61,218 bases of DNA. Origin: Guillardia theta CCMP2712 (taxonomy: Eukaryota; Protista; Cryptophyta). Both the position numbers and the translations under genes were made by a program. How positions within the stretch are numbered: position 1 is the stretch's first letter; every line of letters begins with the position of its first letter. This document shows, one piece after another, positions 1-12,044 of this stretch. The stretch lies in NCBI RefSeq assembly GCF_000315625.1, contig NW_005434535.1:29237-90454 (forward strand). The letters are read 5' to 3'. The notes below the pieces were generated by a model. That model did no database searches. It was not told the origin of the DNA and worked only from the letters and a program-made list of their open reading frames with translations.

Positions 1-1183
1 CCATGCAAGTCTCACCGGAAGCACGTACGTCTTCATCGACCTCACCCGCCCATGGCAGTCGAACTCCTCCTGCTGCGCAAACCTCGTCACCACGCAGCCT
101 GTATCCCCGTTGCTCCCTAGATCTCGGATGCGCATGTAGAGGTTCAGCGGACGCCCCGGGCTGGTCGCATACAACCAGGTTCCCAACATCACGTAGCACA
201 AATATTCGAACTCCGTCGTCGCCAGCGACAGCTCCCTGTTCGCGATCCTCGCCAGCGCCTCCTCCGCATGTAGCCCTAGTATCCTGCATGCCGTATCCGA
301 TATGTACACATGCGCCCGCTTCCCTGTAGATGGATGCAGATGCTGCTTGATCACCGCGAAGCTCTGCTGCCGATACAAACTCCTTTCAAGCTCCAGGTCT
401 TGTTCCGATACCGTCTCGTTCTCCATCAGCAGCTTCGCTTGCGGAGTCCGAGCTTTCTTCTCCATCTTGTCCGCCATGATGATCTCGATCGCATGCAGAG
501 CTCGTCGCGTCACCTGCTGCAGGTAAGGAGGAAGCGAGACGAAGATGTTCATCAGCTCCTTGGAGCTGAAGCCGAACTCCCAATGTCGGGCCAGCACTCG
601 GTCCGGCCAGCCCATGGAGTTCATCCGCTCGCGCAGCAGGGACGGCCTGTCGAAGGAGAGGCTGCGTATCCAGAAGTCGATCGGCCTCTCTACCTGCAGC
701 TGCTGCGAGCGGGCGGGATGGTCAGGAGGGAGAGAGAGCTGCTGGACGTCTTGGATCTCCTCCTCAACATCGTTGAACTGCAACGGTATGAGCTGCAGCT
801 CCTCGTCGACGCAGCTTGCTTCCTTGTGCAGTCGCTTGCAGCGGGAGCATGGACGGTTCTCATCGCACTTGAGCTTGGATCGCTTGCAGGACGAGCACGC
901 GACGGAGCTTCGCTTCCTGGGAATGTGCTGATCTCGGACTCGGATGCAGAGGTATGCCATGTTGGACGCAACGCATCTGGCGGCAAAGGAGAGTCTCAGG
1001 CAGTACGCACATGCAGTCACAAAGACAGCCTCAGCCCTCACCAGCACCCAACGCAAGCAGTCCCATGCCTACGAGCGCTGATGGAGAGTCTCTACCCGAT
1101 GCTCACCTGGTGCAAGGCTGGAAGTTGTCGCACTTGAGTCGGGCATCCTTGCAGGGCTTACAGGCCAGCTGGGTCCTTGTCAT
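1..1183 (-). CDS. Tandem Zn(II)2Cys6 zinc-cluster transcription factor with C-terminal PAS-like domain, paralog 1 (3' end runs off the window)
   Basis: Exon 1 (1183-1107) MTRTQLACKPCKDARLKCDNFQPCTR; GT-AG intron 1106-977; exon 2 CVASNMAYLC...ACSSCKRSKLKCDENRPCSRCKRLHKEASC... continuing to ~16. Two C-x2-C-x6-C-x5-C-x2-C-x7/8-C clusters. High DNA similarity to 23242-23945. Confidence 0.85.
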
Positions 1184-1852
1184 GAGCAATCAGCCTGCGG
1201 AACGAGTGTCAGGAGAGGCAGGCTGCAACCCACACGGTCTGGTGCTTGTTTTCTGCCTCTCCTCCACGCCTTATGTCGGCTCTATCAGAGCCCCTACCAT
1301 CGTCAGCGTTCGCAGCCCCTCGCAGCTCATGTGATATCTACTCCTGGGTGGCTCTCAACTCAAGATGGGGGACTTAGCAGTGATATACACCACAACAGCC
1401 GCGCGTTATGAAAGAGAGGCAGGGCTGGACCTTGACCTCTAGGTCTCTACTTCTTGTATCGTATCGAGACGTGAATGGGGAGCAGCCTCGAGTCGTTGAG
1501 TAGGAGTGTACAGCGTCAGGAGCTGGTGAAGAGCTGTGGCTCAACGCAGGGAAAAGGCCCTGCTTCACGTGTGCAGCATGAAGTTGCTCTCTGTCTCTGA
1601 GTTCTCCCTGCTTTTCTTCTCTCTCACTCTCTCCCTTCACCTCCCTCTCGCTCTTTTCTCACAGGCACACGCATATTCTCTCTCTCCTCTGCCTCCCCCT
1701 CCTCCTCCTCCTCCTCCCTCCCACCTTGCTCACTCTCAGTCCCCCTCCCCTCCCCTCCCTCCCTTTTCCCTTCCTCCCTTACCCCCTCCCACTTCCTCTG
1801 GTGTTTATCTTACCAGCCAGATGTGCTTGCTCAGGCTCAGAGGAGGGGGGGG

Positions 1853-2372
1853 GGAGGACTACTCTGCACAGTGACACAGGTGGAGGAGGCTGGGGTACCA
1901 GGACGGAATGCGATTCAAGTCGGATTGGAATTTCTTCCAGTAATATTGAAAGTTTTAAGGATCCTAAAGGGGTGGGTACCCGAAAGTTGCCGGCTCGGTC
2001 CCCGGGCCCGGCGGCGCATGTAACACGGGTGATGAACCCCACAGAAATAGGGGTGGTCGTCTCACTGAGGTTGATGCGCTACCTTACCCTGATGATTTCA
2101 AGCTCTCCCTGGTCAAAAGGACCGGTACTTGAGGAGGCTGGGGGAACAGGACGGAATGCGATTTCAAGTTTCTATTGGACTGACATGATGCACTACCTTA
2201 CCCTCATGATTTGAAGCTCTATCTGGTCAAAAGGACCGGTACTTGCAATGAAGTTTGCAAGTTCCCAGTTCTCAGCCCATCTACCGCCTACACCGCAGCC
2301 GCATCAATCGCTCCGACCATCCCCTTCCCCCCAGCCTCCTCCACCTGTGTCACTGTGCTGAGTAGTCCTCCT
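1853..2372. repeat. ~43-bp inverted repeat pair enclosing two interleaved direct repeats
   Basis: ggaggactactctgcacagtgacacaggtggaggaggctgggg (~1853-1895) is the reverse complement of ~2329-2371 with 1 mismatch. Inside, ~1884-1920 is repeated at ~2131-2169 and ~2073-2131 at ~2187-2245. Confidence 0.8.
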
Positions 2373-2534
2373 CCTCCTCCCTCTCTCCTCTCTCTCCCCC
2401 TCCTCACCTTCCTCCTGCCCTCCTTCCTCTTCCTCTCTAAAACCCTTAACCTTCCCTTCAGCCCTCCTGCCTTGGCTCTCAACCTCTACTTTCCGGCGCT
2501 TCTTCAAGTCACAGCAGGAATTGCCGTGAGATGT

Positions 2535-3422
2535 CAAGCTGCTGATGGAGAGCGAGACGGTATCGGAGCAAGACCTGGAGCTTGAGAAGGCGTTCTGCGG
2601 GCAGCAGAGCTTCGCGGTGATTAAGCAGCATCTGCATCCATCTAAAGGGAAGCGGGCGCATGTGTACATATCGGATACGGCATGCAGGATACTAGGGCTA
2701 CATGCGGAGGAGGCGCTGGCAAGGATCGCGAGCAGTCCGCTGAACCTCTACACGCGCATCCGAGATCTAGGGAGCAACGGGGATACAGGCTGCGTGGTGA
2801 CGAGGTTTGCGCAGCAGGAGGAGTTCGACAGTGTCAGGGCTCATAGGAACCGAGCTCGAGTCAGACAAAGGTTGATTGGAAAGAAAGGACAGTTGGCTGT
2901 CTCGTACTCGTGTTTGATACTGGCTTCTCCTGGATACACCTGGATACTCTACCCCAGTGTGAATCTGCTGAAAAGGACCCCTCTGGAGGTCTCTGTAGCT
3001 GGAACCGTGAATGTGCCTGTGGTGCTTTCAAGCTAAGAGGACGGGGATCTCTTCCCTACGAGAGAGCAAGGTTCCTTCTCGAAGTGCTGATGGGATGTTC
3101 CACATCTAAGGAGGGAGAGCAGAGGACACCCCCGCTTCCTCCATCGATCTACCCCTAGTCCGAGTCCCTTAGCCTGTATAAGGGTCAGCCTGTTCAGCTA
3201 GAAGGGTCTGTCCTCTCCTCATGCGCTATTCCACGCTGATCCAGCATCGCTAGTAAACTCGACATCACTACACTACACCTCTACGTGTGATCCAGCCGAG
3301 GTGACTTGAACATTCGCTGTAGCCTTCACGTTGCAACCCGTGAAGCTTCGGGGGGTGACAGACTGACATGGCGCGGGTGAGATCGATGAAGACGTAAATG
3401 CTTCCGGTGAGACTTGCATGGG
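2535..3422 (+). pseudogene. Inverted, internally deleted fragment of zinc-cluster TF paralog 1, interrupted by a solo LTR
   Basis: 2545-2829 encodes MESETVSEQDLELE...VYISDTACRILGLHAEEALARIAS|PLNLYTRIRDLGSNGDTGCVVTRFAQQEEFD, matching paralog 1 but lacking the RELSL..TSPGR segment. Homology resumes at ~3361-3422 (gtgagatcgatgaagacgtaaatgcttccggtgagacttgcatgg) with a TAC>TAA stop. Confidence 0.85.
2832..3360. mobile_element. Solo LTR (529 bp) of an LTR retrotransposon
   Basis: Begins TGTCA (2832) and ends TGACA (3360). Flanked by gacag (2827-2831) and gactg (3361-3365), a 5-bp TSD with one mismatch of the gactg in the uninterrupted paralog (gagttcgactgccatgg). Internal TATAA (~3177) and AGTAAA (~3252). 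Confidence 0.8.
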
Positions 3423-3971
3423 CCTTCCATTCGGCGAGTCCGACGACGGTGGAAAATCCGCGGCAGGTGAAGGTCGTCACTGAGTCTGATCAAGGAATGT
3501 TAAGTTCACCTGTTATGAATTTAGTTTGTTGTCTTGAGAGTGACAGATCCTCACCGTCACTGACCCCGGCGGGCCGGTACTAGCCGCTTCAACGGTGCCC
3601 GGGCCGGGCACTGCCGGCTATCATAGTAATCTGTCACTGAGTGCCAGATCATGGCAAAGTGCGTTCGGCGGGAGCCTCTGGGCCCGATTGTGTCCAAGTC
3701 TCACCTCCGAGTCTCATCGGTCGCAGGCCCGGGGGCGCGGCGGCCGCTCGGACTCGGGCAAGCCGCTCAGTGCCCTTCCAGACCCCCGGAGTCACTCACT
3801 CCGCCGCGAGGGCCGCCCCGGCGCCGGGCCGCCACCGGACTCCGGGACCTCCGTTGGCACGTGCAACTACCCCACCCTTCACTGCATTTTGATCATTCAA
3901 GTAGGATGGTAGGGTAGGGTGATGTCAGTTCAAGAGCCCATAGGCGCAATGATTTCGCAAGCAGAAAATCA

Positions 3972-4128
3972 GAGGAGAGGAGAGGAGAGGAGAGGAGAGG
4001 AGAGGAGAGGAGAGGAGAGGAGAGGAGAGGAGGGGAGGATGGGAAGAAGAGGAGAGATAAGAAGAGGAGAGGAGAGGAGAGGAGAGGAGAGGAGAGGAGA
4101 GGAGAGGAGAGAGGAGAGGAGAGGAGGA
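3972..4128. repeat. (GGAGA)n pentanucleotide microsatellite; same family at 24820-24907, 25851-25918 and 30317-30436
   Basis: Direct reading of tandem GGAGA/TCTCC units. Confidence 0.95.
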
Positions 4129-4556
4129 AATGAAGCAGCATGAAGAAACGAAAAGGAGGGTGAGAGCAATGGGGCTCAGGCAAAAGGAAGGCAATGAAGC
4201 ATGCAATAGAAGAAACAGGACGAGGCACACAATCGATCACGTCCAGATATGCGACAGCATGAACAAAGTTTTCATTGAAACGAACATAGGAGATAGACTT
4301 TGGACTATGGATCAAGGCTGGGTATGAAGACTAGAACATGAGAAGTGCATGCCACGATCCACTGATGTTGATCATGGAAGGTCAAGAAGCTCGAGGAGTC
4401 TGTGAGGGTTCTTGGTTAGGGTTCTTGGTTTGTGTCAGAGGCAGGAAGGATTCCTGGAGTTTCGGAGGGGAGCCGGACAGGAGGGTAGAGGTTTCGGGAA
4501 CTTCATTGGACTTAAGTTGTGTATACGTGCGGTGTAACGATGTCTTCTTGCAGAGA

Positions 4557-6437
4557 ATGTCGGAAGGAGAGAAGGAGGCGAGCGAAGGAGATCAAAGCTC
4601 TGAAGAGGAAACGTTGGAGGGCCACAAGACCGCCATTAGCTGCGAGATGTGTTGCAAGGCTGAGGCCAAGTACACCTGTCCAGGGTGCTCGAAGAAGACT
4701 TGCTCGCTAGCCTGTGTGAAGGAGCACAAGGCGAAGTTCTCTTGCAGGCGAGCCTCCTCTTTCAACATGCTTCCATGTGACTTCATCTGAGCAGTGGGAG
4801 ACGGGACGTGGCGGAGTACAAGAACCTGACTGAGTTTACAGACTCCGACATGCGCAACGATTTCCAGTTCTTGATGGACGCAGAAAGGATAGCAGACAAC
4901 GCGCACAGAGAAGGTTACAAGGAAAAGCTCTACGTGAAGAGCAAGGTACCCCAGCACCTCCAGCAGATCTCTCGCTACGCAAGGTGGCGAGGAGTGAACA
5001 TGATTGTCATGCCCTCGTCCTTCAAGCGGAGGAAGGACAACACCTCCAGCTACTGTCACCAGAGGAAGCTGATGCTGTGGAAGCTCGAGCTCGTCTTCGA
5101 CCTCGACGAGCCTCTGACCATCACTGAAGATCGAGTCCCCGACTCGACATCCCTGAGAGATGTGAGACCCCTTGCTCTGTCCCCCCTTGCATCCCGTGAT
5201 ATAACGTGCTGTATCCCGTAGATCCTCTCGAAGTATTTCGACGTTTCATGTACACATGAGGCCTCCGTTCGATGCAAACTTCAAGCCTTCCAATCCATGG
5301 ATTTGGACAACCTTTCTCTTTTCATCAAGGTCGAGCCTTCCAAGGTCTGCAGCTCTCCCTCTCCCTCCTCTCGCTCTCCCTCTCCCTCCTCTTCCTCTCC
5401 CTCTCCCTCTCCCTCCTCGCCCTCTCCCTCTCCCTCCTCTTCCTCTCCCTCTCCCTGTCCCTCCTCTCCCTCTCCCTCTTCTTCCTCGCCCTCTTTCTCT
5501 CTCTTCCTCCCTCTGCCTCTTATCTCACCTTCTTCCTCCGGCAGGCCAACGACGTGAAGTACTACGAGCTATCCATCGACTCGACAATCGCAGAGGCCCT
5601 CAAGCACAAAGTCTTGTTCTAGGCCTCGTCTCTGCCCTCTGATTCTCATGTTGCAGATTGTCATCGAGCATCCCACCATCCTCGTCATGCTCAAGAGCAA
5701 GGCGGCAGATATGCCCACCATCCCACATCCTGTCAGCATGCAAGAAGTGTTCGAGGATACGATCGCTGCCTCAACGGGTTTGTTCCTCCCTCACTCCAAC
5801 TTTCCTTCCCTCCATCTCTTGCTACCCTCCTCCATCGCCATTTCTTTCTCTCGCTCTCCCTCGCTTGCCCTTGCGGTCGCTCCTCCGCCTCCTCTGCTTG
5901 TGTGAATCAATCTGCAGGAGGAGCAGCAAGCTTGGTTGAGACCATCCCCTACGTGAAGAAGAGGGCGCACCCTTACTCGGAGTCCGCGAGGCACTTCGAC
6001 AAGCGAGGAAGGGGAGGAAACCAGAGCTGGAGAGGGAGAGGGCGGGGGAGGAGAGACGTTAGGGCAGGGAGGGGAGACTCTCAGGTAAACCGCTCGGGCC
6101 AGTCAGCAGGAGCTGATTTCTGACGCGTTGGATGTCACAGCAGGAAGTGAAAAAAGAAACCGAAACAGTCGAGCCGGGGCATCGCAATGAAGAGGAGATC
6201 GAGCTCGATGAAGACCTTGAGGACCCTGAGGTCTCTTCCATGTGCCTGCTTCTTGCCCTGACTCCCTCCATCTCTAGCTGCTCTCCAAGATCGCCGAGGC
6301 TGTCGACCCCGAAGAGCTGAAGAAGGTGGCACTTGACAGCTCCACACTTCCCGTGCTTGCAACTGACGACGTCATACCCCCGACAGGTCGAGCAAGAAAT
6401 CAACCAGGCGCTCGGGTTGTCGTCTGTGGACTCGTAG
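4557..6437 (+). CDS. BCD1: Box C/D snoRNP assembly protein BCD1/ZNHIT6-like (zf-HIT), multi-exon
   Basis: zf-[38 protein letters not shown], then [35 protein letters not shown] and [20 protein letters not shown], the domain order typical of BCD1. Last exon [16 protein letters not shown]. The start codon is uncertain. Confidence 0.8.
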
Positions 6438-6527
6438 ACTGATTCAACAAAGTGCACAGCTCGACCCCAGCAACGGTTTCCAAGTGCCATCAATGAGAGT
6501 TCAATGGGATCTATTGCAATGTACAAG

Positions 6528-9500
6528 TTAGACAAGCGTGCTGAGCGATAGGAACTTTTCTCTAAGGATGCTTGTTGCTGATATCGCCCTGTCATACTCC
6601 TCACAGGCTCTTTCAGCAGCTCGGAGAAGCTCCTCTGGGGGATCTTTCACATCCTGCGAAACTTGTTCAGAGGGAGGCAGCAGTAGGGAGCAAGATACCT
6701 TGAGAGCATCTTCCAAAGCCCTTTCGACATCTTTACATCGGTTGAGGACTTTCTTTTCGTTGTTCCACGCGTTAGATAGCTGATTCACTAGAGACAGAGT
6801 ATCCCGGATAAGACGAATCCTGATTTGAAACTGCAGAGATCTATCATAAACGAAACGATCATTCAAAATCCCCGTACCGAAGTAGAATTCAGTTGAGACG
6901 AAGGAAAATGAGGGTACGGCCGTATTGAAGAGGCATAAACCGCTTTTTCATACTCAAAAGAGACTTTTTTCACCTATGGCCAGATGAGCACGAGAAGAAA
7001 ATTTAAATGTATCTGACTTCATCAAAAAGATAGAGAGGAATATCTTTCTCCTTCCGGAATGCATCCTGCCAACGAACTCTCAAAACATATATGAGGCCGA
7101 AATCACGCAAAGAAACCTGGAGATTTCTTATTGATGCATGGTATTTGGCTTGTTGAGCTTTCTCTAAGTCCTTATTGCCGGGAAGTTTGGCTGACAGGTA
7201 AGGCTCGTTCGGTTTTGGACTAGACTGATTGTTCAATTTCATCACATTGCCAACTTGCGGCATTATACCAATGCTCAAATTTTGCTTTGCTATGTTGGTA
7301 GCCTTGATCCCATAGTTGGCAATTGCAATAGGATTGTTCACTGGGATAGCTTTTGCAGAAAGCACCCCTGTTGTATTCCTGTTGTTTGCTAACTTTTCCC
7401 GCACCTCTTGTTGATTCAGCATTGTCCCTTTTACCTTGGAATTTTCACTTTGATCAGGATTGTTTGCACTCTTTCCGTTAACGCTCTTTGATGCCGTTGC
7501 TTCATCTGAAGGCCCATTTCCGCGGATTTGATTGCCGTTCGGTGTGGCCCTCAAGTTTTCCAGCGAGTTTTCAAGACCATCGATTCCTGGTACCCCTTTG
7601 CTGGGAGGGAACATAGTCTCGGTGCTAGAGCTCAGAACAGAAGTTGACGGGAAGCGAAATTTTCCACACGTTGATCGGAATTGCTTTTGACAGTCGTCAG
7701 AGCAAAAGAAAGCTAGATCGCCTCGAAGGGGATGAAGGATCTCTTGACTCCACAACACTAGTGCCTTGGTTCCTGGTTTGAGAAAACAAATCTGATGTAC
7801 AGATTGACAGCAAAAGTCACAAATCAGCAGTGGATCGTCTGCTTTGCTTTCTCCAGAACACGACTTGCACGAATATCCTCCTGCTTTCTTCGACCATTTT
7901 GAAAATACAGATTTTGCTGCATGAAAAAGCTTCCTTGCCTCTCGATTAATCGGATGATTATGATTATTGTAAATTACAGCATTGGTTATTATCAAATTGA
8001 AGTCGAATTCAATCTTGCGCAGAAATGTCAAGCAACGCATCTCTTCGAAAGATCATCTTACGCTTGCGATCGAAGAATACTGCTTGCGGCTTGCTTTCTT
8101 TTCCATCCATCTAAAGCACATGCTCTGTCGACCATGATCAGTGTATGGCATGCGAAGCTTTGCGATAACACGACTTACTTGAGTATGCCACGACGTCATG
8201 CCTCGCTGCCTTGCGGCCGGGTTTGGATGATAATAACCCGGAACGTGATTTTCATCAACAGGGTTGTCAAAGAAATCATACTGAGCTTTTCGTCGCAATT
8301 CCTGCCAAACATTTTAAGGTATTTCGACAATCATATTGGTTTTGACCCTACTTGGACCAGTTGAAGCAGTTCTTGATGCCCTATCTTTCCCTCTGGAGCT
8401 TTCAGGCAATCATCGGGAACATTTTTCTCAATCAACTTCCCATCATACAGCACTATGTCGTAACTTCCATCACCATTGATTCGCGTGACTTTTCCTTTCC
8501 GATATGTTTTGGGATCATTGGACCCAAGGGTTCTTGAACACATTTCAACTTCTTGATCTTCTTTGAACGACGGGCAATCAATACTTGGTGAATCCTTCTT
8601 TCGAATGAGCTTGGTTTCAATCACGTGTGTCATAGGTTACCTTTTTAGCCTCCGCCACAACGTCGAGTTCATGGGCCTTCCGTTTGGTATTTTCCTGAAG
8701 AGTCAACCAGGTCAGTGACATGGCGAGCTTTGCATCTTCTGTCTTATGTACAGAAATGCACGTCTTCAAGGATCCGACAATCACCTTATTGCCAACGACG
8801 CCGCTCGGGGAAATAATTCGGAGTCCCTGGGAAGAGATAAATCTTTCCTCCTCTGGTGTCACCCATCCAACTAGCTCAATATTCTTGTGAGGGAGCACTG
8901 CCCACTGGAGATCGCGCGTCAAGACAGGAATCAAGTCGAGATCATGGCCCTAAATACCTGTTCATTTTCGTCCTCATACAAGAGGTGATACAGATGCGTA
9001 TTTGGGTCAACTTGGTCATAATCGTCTATCAGAGCCTTGATTCTCCTATGTTCCTCTGGCCAATATACTTTAACTTCTTGCCCGATCCTGCCACTGAATG
9101 TCAAGCAGCGAAGAACCTTGAAATCGAGAACACACCATCTTGCCCCATGCTCAAAAAAGCTCAAGTCTGCCCTGCCACCAAGCCCTCGTACCATGTCCAT
9201 CTCACATTCGAATTTTGAATCAAATTCTTTGGCCAATTTCTTTGCCTTGAGATAAAGAGACGACGTCGCCCCATTGCACCGTAAGGTCGTGTTCCACACC
9301 CTCAAGATGTCATCGCGAGCGTTGTTCACGATCTTGTACTCATTGCTGCAAATCTTTCGCAGGATAGTAGAGAGATCATTGAGATCCAAAGGTTGTCCCT
9401 GAAAGAATACTTCAGCAATTCCATCAGATCTTTGGCTTGACCTTACATCAGATGGAGGTCTCTTGAATTCTTTTCGCAAGGAATTGACATTTTTGAAGAT

Positions 9501-12044
9501 CTCAGCTTCTGGCATTCTCATTACGCTAATAAGAATATCTCGGAGTGATCCATTGGACTGATGTTTCGTGCAACAGTTACTTGCTTCTTTTCAACAGCAG
9601 CTTTCGGTGGCGGCGAAGCAATAGGACTTGTTTTGGTCTTTGATTTTCGAGCTTCGTTTTCGAGTCGACATGACTGGAATGGAATATGTCATGGATGATT
9701 GCAATGGCTGCAAGTATCACCTGATTTCTTGAGAGATGTACGTCCAGGGCATGAGGAGATATGAAAGAACGAGAGCAGTACACGCAAACAGCTGCATTGT
9801 CCTGAGTGGCGTTGCCACCCTGCATAATGACTCTTCCTCCACTGATAACAATGCCCTCTCCTATGGTTGCATTGTTATCTGTTTTGTTCTGTCCAGCACT
9901 GTCAGACGTGCTCTCAGATTCTAATAAACAATTTCAGACTCATAGTTTTTTCAGTTGTTTGATTGCATCACCATGGGTTTCTCCCTTTGAAATTGGACTA
10001 TCTACGTCCATCACTTTTTTCTGACAACCTGCACACATCCAATCTCCAGTTTTGGAATGTTGTTCTGTCGAGCATCGTGCGTGCCATGCCATTCCACAAC
10101 CACCAGAGCTACTACGACAAATCAGCACTTCATCCTGTGCTGAAATGTTTTTCTTGCACAATCTGCAAACACCAGAGCCTTGCGAGCCCCTGAAACCGTC
10201 TTATCAGTCTTTGCTTTGCAAATGTTTAATGGTAACGAGCCTGTCGTCAATCTTTCGCTTCTTGTGGTTTTTCTCCGTTGTAATCTCGTTGGCGTTCGAG
10301 TCGTGCGAAGCATACCTAAAACTCAACGTCAGTCACATTGAATGCAGAAAAGACTCCAAATTTGCCTTGATCGCTTGAGAATTCGTACATTGATCGAGTC
10401 GCTCTTGACAAGGTGTTCCTTTGGAACGGCAGCATTGATCTTGCAAGCAAGGCTTGTTGATATATGAATGTATAGAGCGTGCAGCGACGAAAATTGTAAA
10501 TTGCACTCCGGGCAGAAAATATCCTCGGTAGCCTATGGTAGTGCGATCAGCCCAGCATCTTCTGAAACTTTTGCAATCTGCAATTACCAATATTCCCCAG
10601 GGAATCTTGGATGACAACAACGAGCAGTCGAGGCAAAGGTTTTGCTCGGAGTCTACTTATGGCGTCAAACTGCTATTTCACAATGAAGAGGCACAAACCA
10701 TCTGGCCTGACATGAAAGGGAAGCTTACAGCTAGTGTGAAACGATTTCCAACATTTCCCTGCCTGTTCTAAGTGAATATTCCTGGTAAAACCATAACCTA
10801 GCATGCAGATACCCTGTTTTCGCACTTCTTCAACGCTTCGGCGGGGTTTGATGACTTCTTCTTCGACTTGCATATGTGGCATATGGGATCTTTGTGAACC
10901 TTACCAGTTGTCGAAACATAAAGCATGAATTACCTTCAAGGTGTTTGGAGATATGCTTCTGACAAAGAATTATCCGCTTGACTCGCGAGTTGTTGGCTGA
11001 CAATCCGAGACATTGCCTTGATTGCCTTGTACTTTTCAACGCACAGCCAACATGAAAGGTTGACAGGCACTCGGGAATAGAACACTTGACACAAGCACCC
11101 CTTGACTCTTTGCAGATTTCACAGACCTACGTGATCATGAAAGTAAGTCTCACACCCCAGAGTTCCAACATCAGTCACTTGGTGTCTCGCGGTGTCGAAC
11201 GACTGCTTGAAATCGAACGAATCATCACCGGATACATCAATCATGTCGTAGAATATGATATCACACAAAGGATGTGCCCAACTGCTTGACACTATAGTCA
11301 CTCACATTTCAGAGTAAATCATTCCTTGCCTTGTCTTGTCACCGTTGATAGCCTTTGATAGCAAACCACCTGAAATGGGACAGAACATGCACGCCTATAA
11401 ATTGTAACAAGTAAATGGCTATATGACAACATTTCGATCAAAGACACTCGTCATGTCAACTCCATGAGTCTGTATTTGCCACATGTCCATCCCAAGAAAC
11501 AATCATACACACCATCATGTTGTCAATGGCTACAGACAAGCCTTGACATTCATCATTGCGCATGCACACATTGAGGCACTCAGAGTCATGGCAAGGCAGC
11601 ATGTCCAACATCAAGCTGATGGCATCTATCCTGGACACTCAGATTCCCGTCTTTGTATGTTCTCTTACCGCTTCTTGGATTCTTGCACTGCACACCTCAC
11701 AGACCCAGTTGTCATGTACATCACTGACTCCAACACAGTCCTATCAAAAAGAGTCGTCCATTAAACTTAAACGACAACAACAAATGATAATAATCAACCT
11801 TGTGCACTTGAACACTACATTTTTCGCATTTTAAGCATGCGTCGTCTCCTCTGGAGCCCTCCATGCATATCGCACACAGCGATTCCTCCTTTCGGTTTGC
11901 GATCGATAATCCTTTGGTCTTTGTGCCAGAATCTGATGCTTCCCTCTGAATGATCTCTTTATCTTTCTTGTCTTCACTCTTCTTGCTGTCTTCGTCCTGA
12001 GCAGTCCTTGCTTCCTCCCCCTCCCCCCCGCTCGCTCGCCGCAT
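6528..12044 (-). CDS. Large multi-exon chromatin reader: several PHD fingers, a C2H2-like finger, Tudor-like domain(s) and two bromodomain-like regions
   Basis: CAICMEGSRGDDACLKCEKCSVQVH (PHD); CKKNISAQDEVLICRSSSGGCGMAWHARC...WMCAGC (PHD); CVYCSRSFISPHALDVH; DDILRVWNTTLRCNGATSSLYLKAKKL and FFDNPVDENHVPGYY...DFNLIITNAVIYNNHNHPINREARKL (bromo); IGQEVKVYWPEE...YHLLYED (Tudor-like); CKSC..LLICDFCCQSVHQIC (PHD). Confidence 0.8.

Noticed and set aside
310-1137. Long + strand ORFs here and at 23551-24006, 38270-39038 and 57636-58123
   Set aside because: Antisense shadows of GC3-rich minus-strand genes.
3893-4315. ORFs of SPLLS/RRGEE repeats (also near 24.8, 25.9 and 30.3 kb) and poly-VC/poly-L/poly-QE ORFs
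   Set aside because: These are translations of microsatellites in introns or intergenic DNA.
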